The translations under genes and the position numbers were made by a program. Of a DNA stretch of 64,000 bases, positions 60,023-64,000 are shown in pieces (position 1 is the first letter of the stretch; every line of letters starts with the position of its first letter). Source of the DNA: Macrostomum lignano (taxonomy: Eukaryota); contig NIVC01002205.1 of the NCBI GenBank assembly GCA_002269645.1, positions 129,157 to 193,156 on the forward strand, given 5' to 3'. The notes under the pieces are model-generated. The model was not told the DNA's origin. It saw nothing but the letters and a program-made list of their open reading frames with translations, and searched no databases.

Positions 60023-62579
60023 TTATTGATCAATGTTTTGGCAATGTAGCATTGGATAATATTTTAAAGAAAGAAAAAGTTTCCCTTGATACATTAAAAA
60101 TGGAATTGGCTGATGAAAAAAGTGCTGAGTAGGTTCAATAAATACTAAATGGTCATTATTCACAGTGCATATAAAACTGCTATAATGACAAGAAAATTTA
60201 GCATTCACTTTTTTACAAATAATTATCCACTTGTTGGAAAGTTGAATAATATGGCTAATTAATGCTAAAGCAATTCCAGTTGGTTCTAAAATTGGCAAAC
60301 AATAACGGTAATTTAATGTTGGAGTCCGATATACAAACCCCTGATATTTTAGTTCATTAGTAGAAAGACAAATAGTGCCAATAATTGAGTCTGTATCTAA
60401 ATTCATGTTGTTGCATAACTCAGTTTGTTCATCTATTGTCAATAGCATATTTAAGCTAATAGGATTTATATTATGGCTCTTAATTGTACCTGGTTCATAG
60501 TGCTTAATGATAAGTGCCTTTTGAGATTTGATATTGTTTTGCACATGTATAGGCAGGATTTTTGAAATTTCTTGCATGCCTGTTTATATTCTTAAGCAAT
60601 TGATGATGAGCTTCACCTCGCATACACCATAAGTATTTAAGACCACTATAATAATGATAAAATTCAGGATAGTGACATATATAATGCAATTTACATTTAT
60701 ATTTAGGATTGAAGCCCGTGTTTCTATATATTAATTCTAATTGGCCAGAAATAAGAGATTGAAAATATTCTAAGTTTATGCTACTATCATATGGGGACAA
60801 AATTATGTCAAGAAACTGCCTGTGACAATTAAATAATATCCAAATATCATCATCCAACTCAAACAAATGTCCAAATAAAAGTCCAAAGTATTGTAGAATA
60901 ACAATTATTTGATTAGAAGTACATGGTAGATGATAATTTTGTAAGTGATATTTATTTATTGTAGGAATACTGACTTCTTTAATCAAATTTAGTTGTTTGT
61001 TTATATAGTCTATACTAATATTATGATTTTGAATAATACTTAATAGAATAATACATATAACAACATGAGAAAACCCTTCAAACACATCATGCATTATATC
61101 AGGGGGGAAAAAATATTGAAAGTTAATATATGCTACACTTCTAAACACAGATGGTGAAATTAAACCATTACTTAAGGATTTAAAATCTTCAATATATGAT
61201 GAATTATCTCGATATTCAAATAGGAATAATGTACTTAATTCTTCTAATCTAATGCTACAAAGCTGTTTATAACCTATAAAACAAAATCTACAAATATAAC
61301 CACTTGAAAACCAAGTTTGCATACCTAACATTCTATGTATTGATAAATTATCCCCAGTCATGAAAGCAGCAATAACAGGCATTTTTATCAAATTACTTAT
61401 TTGAAATTCTTCAAAGTAAAGCTCATTCAGCTCTCTAATTAATGGAAATAAACAAAACTGTAAACCTTTCTTTTTAACATTTGAATCATTAAATACTGTT
61501 AAAAGAAAATATAAGTCTGAAGATGAACTAAGATATTCAGGGAAATTAAGAATAGTAAAGTATACTACACATAATTTATGTTTTGTTTTGGCAGACCCAA
61601 TAGGATTACATATTTCAATTTCATCTGAATAAAGTTTTATGAATATACCATTCTTATTTGTTAACAATGGACTAATATGTTCTTCAAAATAAGTAGACTT
61701 GAAAAAAAAATTTTCTTTGTTGGTTGCATTTAAATAAGAATTTGTAATAATATACTTAAGCAATGTCTCATTTTTTATAATAGAACTAAGTGTTTCTTTT
61801 ATTGGAATATATAGAATTTTTAATTTTGATTCTTCATCTATGATTTCAATGGGCTCAACAAAATTAAACTTGTTTTGTAAAATTTCAAATATTTTTTTAT
61901 TACTTAATAGATGCTCTAATGAAAGGTCAATCATTTCTTGCAAATTTAATTTATTTTTATAAGAATTATAGCTGTTAACTATTGAAGGACATTCTTCTTT
62001 TAAAAATTGCTCAAATAACAAAAAATAGTCATCAGCAAACTTCAATACTATTTCCTTAACAAGTTCACATAATTGATTAGATTTGCTTTTAGGAATTAAA
62101 AAGAAATGTCTAGACTTTAGATAAAAGTAAACAAAATTTTCAGCAAGATGTTTTCTTGTATTTTCACATAAAAAATCACTAGACATTTCAAATTCAGGGT
62201 CTTTTTTTTCATTTTCAACTTGGTTACAAATAGTAGATAATATGGCTATATCTATAGGCACAGCTTGCAATTCATTTTCTAAAGGGTTTCCTAATAAGTC
62301 TAGAGTAGGGTTATTATGAACACAATTTGGCTGTAGAACTTGGTCTTGGGAAAAATTATCAACAACACTGTTTTTGTGCATACGATAGGCATGTGCTTGT
62401 AATCCTTCAATTGTAACACTAATATGGTAACATCCCCTAACTGGACATAAAAAATTGCTATTCCCAAAAGAATGGTATAGTTTTATATGACTTATAAGCT
62501 TAAATAAATCCTTGTGTGTATGAAGACATATACTACATTGAAATAGTTTTGAAATTACATTTTCATCTCCATTTAACAT
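60023..62579 (-). CDS. EnSpm-type DDE transposase with N-terminal C2H2 zinc fingers; frameshift at ~60505-60540
   Basis: FQCSICLHTH...HIKLYH / FLCPVRGC...HAYRMH. LYSDEIEICNPIG...HKLCVVYFTILNFP, GDNL...F...YICRFC, PPDIMHDVFEG and KLHYICHYP...WCMRGEAHHQLLK are animal EnSpm transposase motifs. The C-terminus continues in the 60023-60577 frame. Confidence 0.88.
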
Positions 62580-63095
62580 ATCCTGGACAGTGGATAAGCC
62601 TACTAAATTCGTCGTTGTGGAATGGACAACGCGTAAAAACGTTTAAAAAGCACTAATTTTTAGGTTTGATCAGAACGAATTGCACGCAACAATCTAAATG
62701 TTCGAAGTTAGTAGAGTGAAACAAAAGTTCCCAACATATTTTTGATCTGTGTTAGAAATGCGCTTGTACCTTTAAAAGGAATACAATATATAATTCCTTT
62801 AATTTAAGGCATTTAGAGCTTTCGATTGATGCAATTACATTTGACGGATAATTTTATTTGTGTTTTTATGCGGCAAAAAATACGGTGGTATAAAACCTAA
62901 ATTTATTTCCAGTCCGATTTTCTCTATAAAATCTCGCGTGTGCTTAAAAAAATATCATTTGAGGGCACTTGAAAAAATTTCATTCGTTTTCTCTGACCAA
63001 AAAAATCGGACCTTCAGACATGAAGGTCCGCCTTCAGGCATGAAGGTCCGCATTATGCAATTCGGACCTTATCCGGACCCATAAGATTTACAGTG

Positions 63096-64000
63096 TAGCT
63101 GTAGGGTATTAGCTCGCAATGTATGATCGTGTCAATTGTGTCAGTAGCTGTAGGGTATTAGCTCGCAATGTATGATCGTGTCAATTGTGTCAGTAGCTGT
63201 AGGGTATTAGCTCGCAATGTATGATCGTGTCAATTGTGTCAGTAGCTGTAGGGTATTAGCTCGCAATGTATGATCGTGTCAATTGTGTCAGTAGCTGTAG
63301 GGTATTAGCTCGCAATGTATGATCGTGTCAATTGTGTCAGTAGCTGTAGGGTATTCGCTCGCAATGTATGATCGTGTCAATTGTGTCAGTAGCTGTAGGG
63401 TATTAGCTCGCAATGTATTATCGTGTCAATTGTGTCAGTAGCTGTAGGGTATTAGCTCGCAATGTATGATCGTGTCAATTGTGTCAGTAGCTGTAGGGTA
63501 TTAGCTCGCAATGTATGATCGTGTCAATTGTGTCAGTAGCTGTAGGGTATTAGCTCGCAATGTATGATCGTGTCAATTGTGTCAGTAGCTGTAGGGTATT
63601 AGCTCGCAATGTATGATCGTGTCAATTGTGTCAGTAGCTGTAGGGTATTAGCTCGCAATGTATGATCGTGTCAATTGTGTCAGTAGCTGTAGGGTATTAG
63701 CTCGCAATGTATGATCGTGTCAATTGTGTCAGTAGCTGTAGGGTATTAGCTCGCAATGTATGATCGTGTCAATTGTGTCAGTAGCTGTAGGGTATTAGCT
63801 CGCAATGTATGATCGTGTCAATTGTGTCAGTAGCTGTAGGGTATTAGCTCGCAATGTATGATCGTGTCAATTGTGTCAGTAGCTGTAGGGTATTAGCTCG
63901 CAATGTATGATCGTGTCAATTGTGTCAGTAGCTGTAGGGTATTAGCTCGCAATGTATGATCGTGTCAATTGTGTCAGTAGCTGTAGGGTATTAGCTCGCA
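63096..64000 (+). repeat. 49-bp intronic satellite, right arm (>18 copies, continues past window)
   Basis: Same unit as 54292-56491, resuming in register after the TA TSD. Confidence 0.98.

Larger units (their letters stand above)
56492..63095 (-). mobile_element. EnSpm/CACTA (CMC) transposon, 6.6 kb, two genes
   Basis: Termini CACTGTAATTCC / rc CACTGTAAATCT. 2-bp TA TSD inside a satellite unit (CAGTA|element|TAGCT). Subterminal GGTCCG repeats at both ends. Encodes a transposase and an accessory ORF. Confidence 0.93.

Noticed and set aside
54292-64000. CRISPR array (regular 49-bp repeats next to a large ORF)
   Set aside because: Units are head-to-tail with no unique spacers, the adjacent ORFs are EnSpm transposon genes, and the context is a eukaryotic intron.
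1-64000. tRNA/rRNA/snoRNA genes
   Set aside because: No cloverleaf, rRNA-like segment or convincing box C/D or H/ACA structure was seen by eye. tRNAscan-SE or Infernal would be needed to exclude them.

Overview
Eukaryotic (metazoan) genomic DNA with GT-AG introns. GC-rich, poly-Ala/Gln/Pro coding exons and minisatellite-filled introns are reminiscent of the flatworm Macrostomum; this is an inference, not verified. Six spliced host genes could be reconstructed by hand with consistent intron phases: PUF60/half-pint (+), a three-thioredoxin-domain TXNDC5-like PDI (+), an NR1J/HR96-type nuclear receptor (+), PRXL2C/AAED1 (-), an ENPP4/5-like protein that has lost most metal ligands (+), and TPST (+, runs off the window). 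There is also one orphan GC-rich ORF. Transposons include a Penelope GIY-YIG remnant, a decayed LINE split by a hAT MITE, a mariner, a MULE-like element with a 9-bp TSD, a second hAT MITE, and nested Gypsy/TIR-element/LINE pieces. A 6.6-kb two-gene EnSpm/CACTA element, whose accessory gene has a CIDE-N-like domain, is inserted in an intronic 49-bp satellite. The most striking pattern is that almost every large intron is filled by its own unique minisatellite anchored close to a splice site. In two cases the repeat unit re-creates the splice site itself: about 40 copies of the 3' splice junction in the TXNDC5-like gene and 10 copies of the 5' splice site in PUF60.
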